DNA of 64,000 nt from assembly GCA_963804995.1 (NCBI GenBank), contig CAWDSK010000003.1:1696203-1760202 (forward strand), given 5' to 3'. Shown here piece by piece: positions 42,878 through 52,218 of the stretch. The first letter of the stretch is position 1. Each line of letters starts with the position of its first letter. The notes below the pieces were generated by a model. That model worked only from the letters and a program-made list of their open reading frames with translations. It had not been told where the DNA came from and did no database searches. Source of the DNA: an uncultured Acidobacteriota bacterium. GTDB taxonomy: Bacteria; Acidobacteriota; Terriglobia; UBA7540. The translations under genes were made by a program, and so were the position numbers.

Positions 42878-44572
42878 ATGCAAGCAGGGAAAGTCTATTT
42901 AGTAGGCGCCGGACCGGGTCATCCCGAACTGCTGACCGTGAAAGCCGCTAAGCTTCTGAAGGTGGCTGACGTCATCGTATATGATCGCCTCATTCAGGAG
43001 GAAGTTCTCGCCCTTGCCAAGGTTTCGGCAGAGCGCATCTATATGGGTAAGCCCGTGGGGAAGCACGATTCGCGCCAGGCGGAAATCGACGAACTGCTGG
43101 TTCGCAAGGCGCGCGAAGGGAAGGTGGTGGTTCGGCTCAAAGGCGGGGATCCCTTCCTGTTTGGGCGAGGGGGAGAAGAGGCGGAGTTCCTCGCCGACCA
43201 CGATGTTCCCTTCGAGGTGATTCCGGGAGTCTCTTCGGCCCTGGCGGCGCCTCTTAGTGCCGGCATTGCCGTGACGCACCGCGACGCCGCTTCCTCGGTG
43301 GCGATTGTCACCGGCCACGAAGCCACCAAAGACACCAGTCGGGTGAACTGGGAGGCCTTGGGCAAACTGGATACCCTGGTTTTCCTGATGGGCGTGCATA
43401 ACGTAGGGCGAATCTCCCAGGAGCTCATGGCGCACGGTCGCGACCCCGCGACGCCCGCCGCGATGATCCAGATGGCCTTTTGGCCGGAAGAGAAAGTTGT
43501 TACTGGGACCCTGGGCAGCATCGCGGCGGAGGTTGAGCGAGCGGGAATCGGACCTCCCGCGACGCTGGTGGTGGGAGAGGTTGTCCGTCTGCGAGAAAAA
43601 CTGAAAGGCTCCCAACGCGACCTCCATCCCTCGGAGGCAAGCCCGCCCGTGGGCTCAGGGCCAATGCCCGATCAGCTCCTCAGGATGGCGATGGCGGGGT
43701 TGGGCAGCCAGGTGCTGGGATTCGCACTTTCGCTGGCGCTGTTTGACCACTTGGAGGAAGGGCAATCGGCCGCAGCCCTGGCGCGCCGATTTGATCTGCA
43801 TGCAAGTGCTATGGCGGAGATCCTCGATAGCCTGGCGGCGCTGGGTTTGCTTGAGTGCACCGCCGAAGGTTATCGAAACCTGGAACTGGCGTCGCTCTAT
43901 TTGCGCAGCGATGCACCCCAGAGTTTGAAGCCCGTGCTGCTCCATCAACTGGCTCAGTTCAGCCGCTGGGAAGCGATTGCCGCTTACGCCCGCAGCGGTC
44001 AACCAGGCCAGGTGCCGTCCGATCAAGAAGCTTCCGACTTCGATTGCTGTGAATGTCTGGCTGGCTTTTCTGCTCCCGCGGTCGTGAACAGACTCGATTT
44101 GGCTGAAAAGAGCCCCGTGCTCCTGCTAGGTTGGGGAGGAGAAACTTACCGCGCAGCTCTCGCCCGGCGCTGGCCTGATCTTGCTTTGGAAATTAGGAAT
44201 CCGGTCTTGACCTCTGACTCGCTGCCCGCGCCTCAGCCCAATACCTATGGAGCTGTTGTGCTGTCGGGCCTGATCGCCCGGTCGGCCTGCGAGGAAGAGC
44301 GAGCTCTGGAGGTGTCGGCCGCGGCCCTCGAAGACGACGGCGTGTTGATCCTGCACGATACCTTCCTGCCCACCGGCGCTCTGCCTCCGGAAGTAGTGCT
44401 GGGGGCGTTGGGACGCCACCTCACTTGCCGGCCCAGCGGGAACTGGTCTATTGAGCGGTTGCGCGCCGCGCTCGAAGCCCTCGGGCTCCGCGACGTGCGC
44501 GCGGAGTATCTCCCCGCTGGTACGGTGATCGTGACGGCACGCAAAGGCCGCAACGTGCCTCTCAAGTTCTAA
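42878..44572 (+). CDS. cobA: Uroporphyrinogen-III C-methyltransferase fused to an O-methyltransferase-like domain
   Basis: VYLVGAGPG, YDRL, RLKGGDPFLFGRGGEE, PGVSS. The C-terminal ~300 aa has an OMT dimerisation-like helix bundle and a degenerate Rossmann fold. Confidence 0.82.
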   Translation: MQAGKVYLVGAGPGHPELLTVKAAKLLKVADVIVYDRLIQEEVLALAKVSAERIYMGKPVGKHDSRQAEIDELLVRKAREGKVVVRLKGGDPFLFGRGGEEAEFLADHDVPFEVIPGVSSALAAPLSAGIAVTHRDAASSVAIVTGHEATKDTSRVNWEALGKLDTLVFLMGVHNVGRISQELMAHGRDPATPAAMIQMAFWPEEKVVTGTLGSIAAEVERAGIGPPATLVVGEVVRLREKLKGSQRDLHPSEASPPVGSGPMPDQLLRMAMAGLGSQVLGFALSLALFDHLEEGQSAAALARRFDLHASAMAEILDSLAALGLLECTAEGYRNLELASLYLRSDAPQSLKPVLLHQLAQFSRWEAIAAYARSGQPGQVPSDQEASDFDCCECLAGFSAPAVVNRLDLAEKSPVLLLGWGGETYRAALARRWPDLALEIRNPVLTSDSLPAPQPNTYGAVVLSGLIARSACEEERALEVSAAALEDDGVLILHDTFLPTGALPPEVVLGALGRHLTCRPSGNWSIERLRAALEALGLRDVRAEYLPAGTVIVTARKGRNVPLKF

Positions 44573-44610
44573 CACAGAGTGCACGGAGTATCTCAGTGAC
44601 CTCTGTGTTA
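44570..44610. repeat. Inverted repeat / REP-like hairpin after cobA
   Basis: TAACACAGAG...CTCTGTGTTA. Confidence 0.5.
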
Positions 44611-44769
44611 AAGCTCTTCTGGACGCAGAGAAATGTTTGCCAAAAAAACAAGAATTCACGGTATGGCATTGCGGAATGCTGGCTACGCGTCCGCCATTGC
44701 ACGTGCGCGGTGATGAGCTGGCGCGCCTTCAGGTTATGACTCAGCCAAATTGTCGGACTCCCAAAAAAA

Positions 44770-44835
44770 TGTTCGGACATTAAGTTTCAAGGCAGATAAA
44801 AAACTCTTGTGTTGAAAATTAACGAGACTAACATT
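44770..44835 (+). promoter_or_regulatory. Conserved 66-bp promoter/operator module, copy A (upstream of dsrD-like gene)
   Basis: 56/66 identical to 57826-57891; TGTTCGGACA near-palindrome; TTGTGT-N16-TAACAT. Confidence 0.8.
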
Positions 44836-44874
44836 CTCCCTGGTTACAAGTTTGGATCGAGATGGAGAAAGAGC

Positions 44875-45123
44875 ATGGGCGAAATCGCGATTGAAACTTT
44901 GGCGGAAGAAATGTATCAAATGATCGCCGAGTGTGACGGGAAAAGGAATCTGAAGGCCGGCGATCTGACCAAGGGCGTGATGGCCAAGCATAGCGAAGGA
45001 ACTTGCGACAAAGAGGATTGCAAGAAGGCTATCCGCCTGCTCATTGATTCCGGCCGTTGCGTCTACAGCTACCTGGGGGGGTCTTACATCCAATTACCTC
45101 CGAAGCCGGACGCCGCCGCTTGA
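44875..45123 (+). CDS. dsrD: Divergent DsrD-like small winged-helix protein
   Basis: 82 aa; KKAIRLLIDSGRCVYSYLGGSY parallels the DsrD KK.L..LV....L.YWSSGST pattern; lies directly upstream of dsrN. Confidence 0.6.
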   Translation: MGEIAIETLAEEMYQMIAECDGKRNLKAGDLTKGVMAKHSEGTCDKEDCKKAIRLLIDSGRCVYSYLGGSYIQLPPKPDAAA

Positions 45124-45126
45124 TGC

Positions 45127-46563
45127 TTGTCCGGGTGGCCTGTGGCCAACGTGAATGCACTTAGCACAATGCCGCGCCTTGTCGTTGCGGGACTGAGCGG
45201 CGGGGCAGGTAAGACGCTTGTCTCTTTGGGACTTCTCCTGTCTGCCCAGCGCCGCGGGGTGAGGGTCGGGGCATTCAAAAAAGGTCCCGATTACATCGAC
45301 GCTGCCTGGTTGTCCTGGGCTGCCGGTAGCCCTGCCCACAATCTTGACACTTTCCTGATGGGGTATGACGGTGTCACTACCTCCTTCACATTGAATTCCC
45401 TCCCGGGTGGGCTGAATGTTATCGAAGGCAACCGTGGCCTCTACGATGGTTTTGACGCCCGGGGCACACACAGTACGGCCGAATTGGCCAAGGCGCTGGG
45501 AGCGCCCGTGGTGCTGGTGCTGGACTCGACCAAGGTCACTCGCACCGCCGCGGCCATGGTCCTGGGCTGTCAGCGGCTGGACCCCAGTGTCAACCTCGCC
45601 GGGGTGATTCTCAATCAAGTGTGCGGGCCACGGCACGAAAAGTTGTTGCGCGAGGCTATCGAAGTTGCCTGCGGAATCCCGGTGCTCGGTGCCCTCCCCA
45701 GAGTTCCCGCCACCTGCTTGCTTCCGGAACGCCATCTGGGTTTGGTGGTGCCGGAGGATTACCCGGGCCGGGAAGCTTTGCGCCGAACCCTGGAGGAACT
45801 GGTTGAGGGCCGGTTGGATTTCGAGAAGCTCTGGAGTCTCGCCTGCCAGGCTCCCCACCTTGACCCTCCCGCTCGGCCCCGCCCCTGCTTACCCGATGGG
45901 GGAGGGTTGAAGATCGGGTATCTTCGCGACTCCGCTTTCACCTTTTACTACCCGGAGAATCTGGATGCGCTCGGCGCTGCCGGCGCACAACTGGTTCCTA
46001 TCTCGGCACTCTTGGCGACCTCGCTGCCGGAAGATCTTGACGCGCTGTACATGGGCGGTGGTTTTCCGGAAACGCACGGAGAAGTCCTGGCGGCCAACCG
46101 GACTTTTCTCGAATCGGTTCGGTGTGCCGCGGAGCGAGGACTGCCCATTTATGCGGAATGCGGTGGCCTGATGCTCCTGGCCCGGGCGATCCTCTGGCAA
46201 GGACGGCGTCACCCGATGGCGGGAGTGCTCCCCATTGAAGTGCAGGTCTGCGCAAAACCTCAGGGCCACGGCTATACCGAACTCGCGGTGGACGCTGAAA
46301 ATGCTTTCTTCCCCTTGGGATCGATCCTCAGGGGCCACGAATTTCACTATTCGGCGATTCTGCCGCCTACCGTCTTCCCCAGCACCGCCTGCGAGGTGCG
46401 GCGCGGCGTGGGCTGCGGCGGCGGCCGTGACGGGATAGTGATCGGGAACCTTTGGGCCAGCTACACGCACTTACATGCGCTGGCCACTCCCGAGTGGGCG
46501 GCGGGATTAATCCAAGCCGCGCGACGCCATACGCTCCGCGGAGTGGGTGCGCATCACTCGTAA
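45127..46563 (+). CDS. dsrN: Cobyrinate a,c-diamide synthase-like siroheme amidase
   Basis: GGAGKT, FKKGPDYID, IEGNRGLYDG, ERHLGL, GGGFPE, YAECGG, GHEFHYS; dsr context. Start uncertain (45127-45169). Confidence 0.82.
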   Translation: MSGWPVANVNALSTMPRLVVAGLSGGAGKTLVSLGLLLSAQRRGVRVGAFKKGPDYIDAAWLSWAAGSPAHNLDTFLMGYDGVTTSFTLNSLPGGLNVIEGNRGLYDGFDARGTHSTAELAKALGAPVVLVLDSTKVTRTAAAMVLGCQRLDPSVNLAGVILNQVCGPRHEKLLREAIEVACGIPVLGALPRVPATCLLPERHLGLVVPEDYPGREALRRTLEELVEGRLDFEKLWSLACQAPHLDPPARPRPCLPDGGGLKIGYLRDSAFTFYYPENLDALGAAGAQLVPISALLATSLPEDLDALYMGGGFPETHGEVLAANRTFLESVRCAAERGLPIYAECGGLMLLARAILWQGRRHPMAGVLPIEVQVCAKPQGHGYTELAVDAENAFFPLGSILRGHEFHYSAILPPTVFPSTACEVRRGVGCGGGRDGIVIGNLWASYTHLHALATPEWAAGLIQAARRHTLRGVGAHHS

Positions 46564-46685
46564 ATGACGAACGCCTGGCCGCGCCAGTTCATGGGATTGC
46601 AATCTTTTTGAAGCGCATGATAATTGCCCTTGTTGATGCCCGAGCTTATGACGAAGAAAAAATACAGTTCTTATGGGAGGTATGA

Positions 46686-47963
46686 ATGAGCAACCTGATT
46701 TTTCCTCACGGAAGTAAAGAACTCAAACCCCTTCTCCTGGAAGGCGCAATGCTGGAGGAAGAAAGCAAGAAGGCGCAAGGCCTGAAAAAGGTCCCGATGA
46801 CCACTCGGGAAACAAGTGATCTCATCATGATGGGAATCGGAGCGTTCACGCCCCTGGATGGATTTATGGGCAAGGACGACTGGCAAGGCTGCTGTGACAC
46901 TTACAGCCTGCCCAGCCAGAAAGGTCTCTTCTGGCCCATACCCATCACCCTCTCGGCTGACCAGAACCTGGCTGATTTGATTGCGATCGGCGAGGAGGTG
47001 GCGCTCTGGGACGCGGAAACCGAGTCGATCATGGGCACCCTGAAAGTCACGGAGAAGTACACCATCGACAAAGACCATGAGTGCCAGCAGGTTTTCCGCA
47101 CGAAGGACGCGGCTCACCCGGGGGTTCAGAAAGTGATGGAGCAGGGACCGGTGAATCTGGCGGGCCCCGTGAAAGTCCTTTCGGAATCCTATTATCCGGA
47201 GATGTTCAAGGGCATTTACCAGCGGCCCGCCGAAGCCCGCAAGCTGTTTGCGGAGCGGGGTTGGAACACCGTAGCCGCTCTACAACTTCGCAACCCCATG
47301 CACGGCTCCCACGCCTACCTGGCCTGGGTCGCGATTGAGGTTTGCGATGGCGTCTATATTCACCAGCTTGTCGGCAAACTCAAACCCGGTGACATCCCGG
47401 CGGAAGTGCGGGTCAAGGCCATCGATGCCTTGGTCAACAAGTATTTTCGCAGGGATCGGGTGATTCAGGGCGGCTACCCCATGGAGATGCGCTACGCGGG
47501 GCCGCGCGAAGCTCTTCTGCACGCCGTGTTCCGCCAGAATTATGGTTGCACGCACTTGATTGTGGGTCGCGACCACGCCGGCGTGGGCGATTACTACGGA
47601 CCCTTCGATGCCCAGAAGATCTTCCATGAGATTCCTGCCGACGCCCTGCTCTTGCGGCCTTTGTGCATGGATTGGACCTTCTATTGCTACGAATGCGGGA
47701 GTATGGCGTCAATGAAGACCTGTCCGCACGAAAGCAAGGCCGTGATTGATGAAAATGGCAACTATAAGGGCGGAGCACGGCTGCTGCTTTCGGGAACTTT
47801 GCTCCGCAAATTGATGAGCGAGGGGAAACCGGTTCCGGCGGAATTCTCCAAGCCTGAGGTGATCGCAGTTCTGAAGGAGTACTACGACGGCCTCGAGGAG
47901 AAAGTGGAAGTGAAGTTGCACCGCGCCGCCACCGGGGAAAGCAAACCAGACAAAGCGGCGTGA
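46686..47963 (+). CDS. sat: Sulfate adenylyltransferase
   Basis: [47 protein letters not shown]. Confidence 0.96.
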   Translation: MSNLIFPHGSKELKPLLLEGAMLEEESKKAQGLKKVPMTTRETSDLIMMGIGAFTPLDGFMGKDDWQGCCDTYSLPSQKGLFWPIPITLSADQNLADLIAIGEEVALWDAETESIMGTLKVTEKYTIDKDHECQQVFRTKDAAHPGVQKVMEQGPVNLAGPVKVLSESYYPEMFKGIYQRPAEARKLFAERGWNTVAALQLRNPMHGSHAYLAWVAIEVCDGVYIHQLVGKLKPGDIPAEVRVKAIDALVNKYFRRDRVIQGGYPMEMRYAGPREALLHAVFRQNYGCTHLIVGRDHAGVGDYYGPFDAQKIFHEIPADALLLRPLCMDWTFYCYECGSMASMKTCPHESKAVIDENGNYKGGARLLLSGTLLRKLMSEGKPVPAEFSKPEVIAVLKEYYDGLEEKVEVKLHRAATGESKPDKAA

Positions 47964-48051
47964 TCCGGCGGTCGGTTCTGGGGTCGGCGAATTTTAGGGG
48001 GGATGGTTCTAGGTCCCTAGGTTTCGCCTACCGGAACTGGGAGCTGAGGTA

Positions 48052-49035
48052 ATGAACCATGGGGTCCCTTCGGGACCCCGACGGGATGTCTTAATGATGA
48101 TAACCATCTTTGTTTACTGTTGCCTTTATCTGGCGGCGTTGGTTTTCATCGTCGCCTGCGCGGTGCGGGCGGTTTACTACGCCCGCTTGCCGCTTCACTT
48201 GCGATGGGAACTTTACCCTGTGCCGCACGAGGAAGGCGAACGAGCAAAACACGGGGGATCCTATTTCGAGGTTACCAACTGGTGGGAAAAGCCAATTTCT
48301 TTCAACCTGCTGGGCGAATTGAGGGTGATGGTCCCGGAGATGCTTTTTCAAAAAGCTCTCTGGGAGTTTAACCGGAGCCTTTGGTTCCTCTCGTTCCCAT
48401 TTCATTCCGGTCTTTACCTGCTCATCGGCTCGACGGGTCTTCTGGGCATTCGCGCCTTACTCACCCTATGGGCCCCGCGCTTGATGTCGGGAGAATCCGG
48501 AATAGTCCTTCACTACGCGTGCGCCGTGGGTTGGCTGGTTGGGGCCGCGCTGGCCACAGGGGGAGCTCTCAGTCTGCTGGTTCGCCGCCTTATCGACGAA
48601 GATCTGAAACCGTATACGACGGCCGGAGATCTTTTTAACCTGCTCTTCTTCATCGTAACCCTGGGGTGCCTGGTCACGGGTTACCTGCTCCGGCCGGCGG
48701 GTTCACCGCCCGCGCTGGCGTTCGCGTCGGGCGTCCTTGCTTTTGACACGGCGCTGCGTTTTCCGCCCCTCCTGACCTTGGGACTGCTCTTGAGCGCCCT
48801 GTTAACCGCCTACATTCCGATGACCCACATGTCCCACTTCATTGCAAAGTATTTTACCTACCACGCCGTGCGCTGGGACGATCGCCCTAACTTGAAAGGC
48901 AGCGACTTGGCGAAGAGGGTAGCCGAGTATCTGACCTACCGGCCGCGGTGGACGGCTCCGCATGTGGGCGCGGACGGCGTCAAAACCTGGGCCGAAATCG
49001 CCTCCGCCAATCCCGCGCAGGGGGTCAAGAAATGA
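48052..49035 (+). CDS. dsrM: DsrM-like (NarI family) membrane b-type cytochrome
   Basis: LRWELYPVPHE, PFHSGLY, PMTHMSHF heme-ligand His residues; multiple TMs; coupled to dsrK. Confidence 0.8.
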   Translation: MNHGVPSGPRRDVLMMITIFVYCCLYLAALVFIVACAVRAVYYARLPLHLRWELYPVPHEEGERAKHGGSYFEVTNWWEKPISFNLLGELRVMVPEMLFQKALWEFNRSLWFLSFPFHSGLYLLIGSTGLLGIRALLTLWAPRLMSGESGIVLHYACAVGWLVGAALATGGALSLLVRRLIDEDLKPYTTAGDLFNLLFFIVTLGCLVTGYLLRPAGSPPALAFASGVLAFDTALRFPPLLTLGLLLSALLTAYIPMTHMSHFIAKYFTYHAVRWDDRPNLKGSDLAKRVAEYLTYRPRWTAPHVGADGVKTWAEIASANPAQGVKK

Positions 49036-50642
49036 AGAAAGAAAAAGTCCGCCTCTCCGACATGTCGCGGCTGGAGAAAAAACCACTGATCCATCTGGAA
49101 AACGCCGACTTGATGCCCTTGCCGCCGCCTCTTGACGACCCTTCCCAGGACCATAAGTGGACGCCGCTTTCCACGCAGGCGGAGGAGAGGTATGAATGCG
49201 GGCTGGATGACACCTGTGCGGTGAGTATTCCACAGCCCAAAACCCCCGAGGAAGAGCAGGAACTGGTCAGGAAATTCATCTCCGGGTTGGAAAAGCTATT
49301 CACCAAGGAGAACAACTGGACTTTCCTTCAGCCGCTCCTGCTTACCATGGAGCACTGCGCCAAATGCCAGACGTGTTCCGAGGCATGTCACATTTTTGAG
49401 GCTAGTGGACGGAACGAAATCTATCGCCCCACTTATCGTTCTGAAATCGTCCGCCGTCTCTATTTCAAGTACGTCAAGCACGGCGGCTTGGTATCCGCCT
49501 GGCAACATGGCGATGTCAAGCTGAACTGGCCGCTGGTGGCGAGGCTCATCGAACTTTCCTACCGTTGCAACTTATGCCGGCGCTGCGCGCAGACCTGCCC
49601 CATCGGTGCGGACAATGGGCTGGTGGCTCATGAGCTGCGCAAACTGTTCAGCCAGGAAATGGGCATCGCCGCCAAGGAAATTCATGACAACGGCTCGATG
49701 CTCCAGCTCAAGGTCGGCTCCTCCACGGGCATGAATGCGGAAGCCGTCAAAGACAACATCGCGTTCATCGACGAAGATATCAGCGAGAAGACCGGGGTGG
49801 AAGTAAAGACTCCCTGGGATGTCGAGGGCGCGGACATCCTTCTGATCCACAACGCCGGCGAAATTCTGGCTTGGCCGGAGAACCCCGGCGCCTTCGCCCT
49901 CGTCCTCAACGCTGCCGGGATTTCCTGGACCATGTCTTCGGAACTGGCGGGCTATGATTCCATCAACTATGGGCTCTGGTATGACGACGCCCAGTTTGCG
50001 CGCGTGGCGCTGAAGCACGCGGAGGCCGCCCGGAAACTCAAAGTCAAGAAAATCGTTCTGGGTGAGTGTGGTCATGCCCACAAGGCCCTTTCCGTGATTG
50101 CCGACCGCATTCTGGGTGGGGACTTGAATATTCCCAGGGAGAGTTCCATGACTCTCCTCCGGGAAATCGTGATGAGCGGGCGCTTGAAGTTCGATCCCAG
50201 CCGTAATGACTTTCCCGTGACGCTCCATGACCCTTGTAACGTGGTGCGGCTCATGGGCGTGGTGGAACCGCAACGCGAAGTCGTCCGAAAACTTTGCCCT
50301 CGGTTCAGAGAAATGGAACCCCACGGCGTGGATAATTACTGCTGCGGGGGAGGGAGCGGCTTCGCCATCATGAGCGGCAACAACTTTCCCGACTGGCGCT
50401 TCCATGTGTCGGGACGCAAAAAGCTGGAACAGATTCTCAACGCCTTCCAGGACTGCCTGGACCCCTCTATTCCCAAGTATATCTGCGCTCCTTGCAGCAA
50501 TTGCAAAGGACAGTTCCGCGATATGCTGGCTTATTATGACCTTTGGAAACAAAACTCGATTCTCTATGGGGGACTGGTCGAGTTGATTGTTAACGCCATG
50601 ACAGACGTGAAGCCCGGTTTCATCGAATGGGAGTGGCGGTGA
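49032..50642 (+). CDS. dsrK: DsrK-like Fe-S / CCG-domain protein
   Basis: CAKCQTCSEAC, CNLCRRCAQTC, GECGH, HDPCN, YCCGGGSG, CSNC. Confidence 0.85.
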   Translation: MKKEKVRLSDMSRLEKKPLIHLENADLMPLPPPLDDPSQDHKWTPLSTQAEERYECGLDDTCAVSIPQPKTPEEEQELVRKFISGLEKLFTKENNWTFLQPLLLTMEHCAKCQTCSEACHIFEASGRNEIYRPTYRSEIVRRLYFKYVKHGGLVSAWQHGDVKLNWPLVARLIELSYRCNLCRRCAQTCPIGADNGLVAHELRKLFSQEMGIAAKEIHDNGSMLQLKVGSSTGMNAEAVKDNIAFIDEDISEKTGVEVKTPWDVEGADILLIHNAGEILAWPENPGAFALVLNAAGISWTMSSELAGYDSINYGLWYDDAQFARVALKHAEAARKLKVKKIVLGECGHAHKALSVIADRILGGDLNIPRESSMTLLREIVMSGRLKFDPSRNDFPVTLHDPCNVVRLMGVVEPQREVVRKLCPRFREMEPHGVDNYCCGGGSGFAIMSGNNFPDWRFHVSGRKKLEQILNAFQDCLDPSIPKYICAPCSNCKGQFRDMLAYYDLWKQNSILYGGLVELIVNAMTDVKPGFIEWEWR

Positions 50643-51192
50643 AGGGTCGGCGGGCCGCCTGCGGGCCCTACGACGCGGGGTAAGGAGGTCGGACGCAGCA
50701 TCGCTCGCCTGCTCTATTTATGTAGCCCCGCCACCTTTCGCAAAGAAGTGGGACGTCCCACTTGATACCCTACCGGGCCCCTAGCGGCCGTAGTCCCACC
50801 AATTTTCGCAACTTCATGCGTTTTTTTCCTGTGACATTTGACTTGCGGCACCGCCGCGCTATGCTGTCTGCCTGGCCGATTTGAAACAGGTTCCCAGACG
50901 CAGGGTTTCGATCTCCCGGCCAAGGTTCGTTGAGCATTCTTGAAAGAGGCTGACACGCGGAACGGCCAATCCGGGGCAGTCTCGAAAGTCGTCATTGCCA
51001 CCAGATCAATTTCGCTGTGGCGCGCGATGGCGCCATTGCTTTTGATTCCTCTCTACCCGCGTGTCTCTTTTTTTACAAAGTGCCAGCATACCCGATGTGT
51101 TAAGGTTAGCCGTGAAGACTGAGGGGGAGCAACAAAAAAGCCGCCCCTGAGGTCTGAGTCAACTCCTGGACTTTGATTAAGGAGTGGCAGAC

Positions 51193-51651
51193 ATGGAGAC
51201 ACTCGAAAGTGTGATCGCAGAACATCCGTTTCTTAAGGGTTTGGAACCGCGCTACCTCGAATTTCTCGTGGGATGCGCATCCAACGTGCGCTTTGAACCT
51301 GGCCAATTTGTTTTCCTGGAGGGAGGGGAAGCCAACCAGTGCTATCTCATCCGACAGGGCAAGGTGACCCTGGAGATCGACGCTCCTCCACGCGGCACCA
51401 TCATAATCCAGACCCTTGGCCAGGGAGACGTCCTGGGTTGGTCGCAGATCTTTCCTCCTTATCGTTGGAAATTTTCCGCCAGGGCAGTCGAACTCACTCG
51501 GGCCATTGCCCTGGATGGTAAATGCCTTCGCGAAAAATCCGAGGAAGATCACGACCTTGGCTACGAGCTTCTGAAGCGGTTTGCGCGGGTGATCCAGGAA
51601 CGCCTCCAGGCAACGAGGCTGCAACTGATCAACCTCTACACGGTCGGATAA
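51193..51651 (+). CDS. Stand-alone cyclic-nucleotide-binding domain protein
   Basis: HPFLKGL, FLEGGEAN, YLIRQGKV, GDVLGWS; no HTH. Confidence 0.85.
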   Translation: METLESVIAEHPFLKGLEPRYLEFLVGCASNVRFEPGQFVFLEGGEANQCYLIRQGKVTLEIDAPPRGTIIIQTLGQGDVLGWSQIFPPYRWKFSARAVELTRAIALDGKCLREKSEEDHDLGYELLKRFARVIQERLQATRLQLINLYTVG

Positions 51652-51827
51652 TCGACCGAAAAACTACGAAGCCCTCCAAGTTTCTCACTCAGAACCATGG
51701 CAAAAGGGCGGGGAGGAGAGCTTTGTGTTTCCAGGGGGGCCCACCGTCGATTGCTACCACGGTGGGAGGGAGTCATTCCCTTCCATGGGGTACGAGGCGA
51801 ATCGAACTGAAGGACAGCGCCCCCTGA

Positions 51828-52217
51828 TTACACATGCCCGCCAGCGAGGCTGAAGAGCAAGACGGCGAGGACGATGAGAGTGATGACCACGTACAGGCGG
51901 TCGTGCTCCAACACAAAGGCGATGGCGGAGAAGGCCACGCGGGCTACGGGAGTGGCAATTAAGATCAGCAAGCCGAGTTGAATGATATTGCGACCGTGAA
52001 ACGAAGCGGAACCCCTGATAATCCCTGGAACGCTGCGCAACTCGAAGGGTTCTCCCACGAACCTTGCATATTGAGGCATCGCGCGGCCGTGGCGGAAGAG
52101 GAAGATGCTCCCTCCCAGTGCGACCACCGCCGCGGCCAGCAAGACACCGACGCGCAGCAGGATGGCAACGATATTTTCCACCCGTTGATCGGTCCAGGTG
52201 ACTGACGGCTGGTTCAT
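51828..52217 (-). CDS. DUF1634 membrane protein
   Basis: LLRVGV, QLGLLILIATPVARV; follows tauE. Confidence 0.82.
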   Translation of the reverse strand: MNQPSVTWTDQRVENIVAILLRVGVLLAAAVVALGGSIFLFRHGRAMPQYARFVGEPFELRSVPGIIRGSASFHGRNIIQLGLLILIATPVARVAFSAIAFVLEHDRLYVVITLIVLAVLLFSLAGGHV

Positions 52218-52218
52218 C

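Noticed and set aside
44700..46685. Rex or Crp/Fnr boxes upstream of dsrD-like/sat
   Set aside because: No adequate match to TTGTGAA-N4-TTCACAA, TGTGA-N6-TCACA or TTGAT-N4-ATCAA found by eye.
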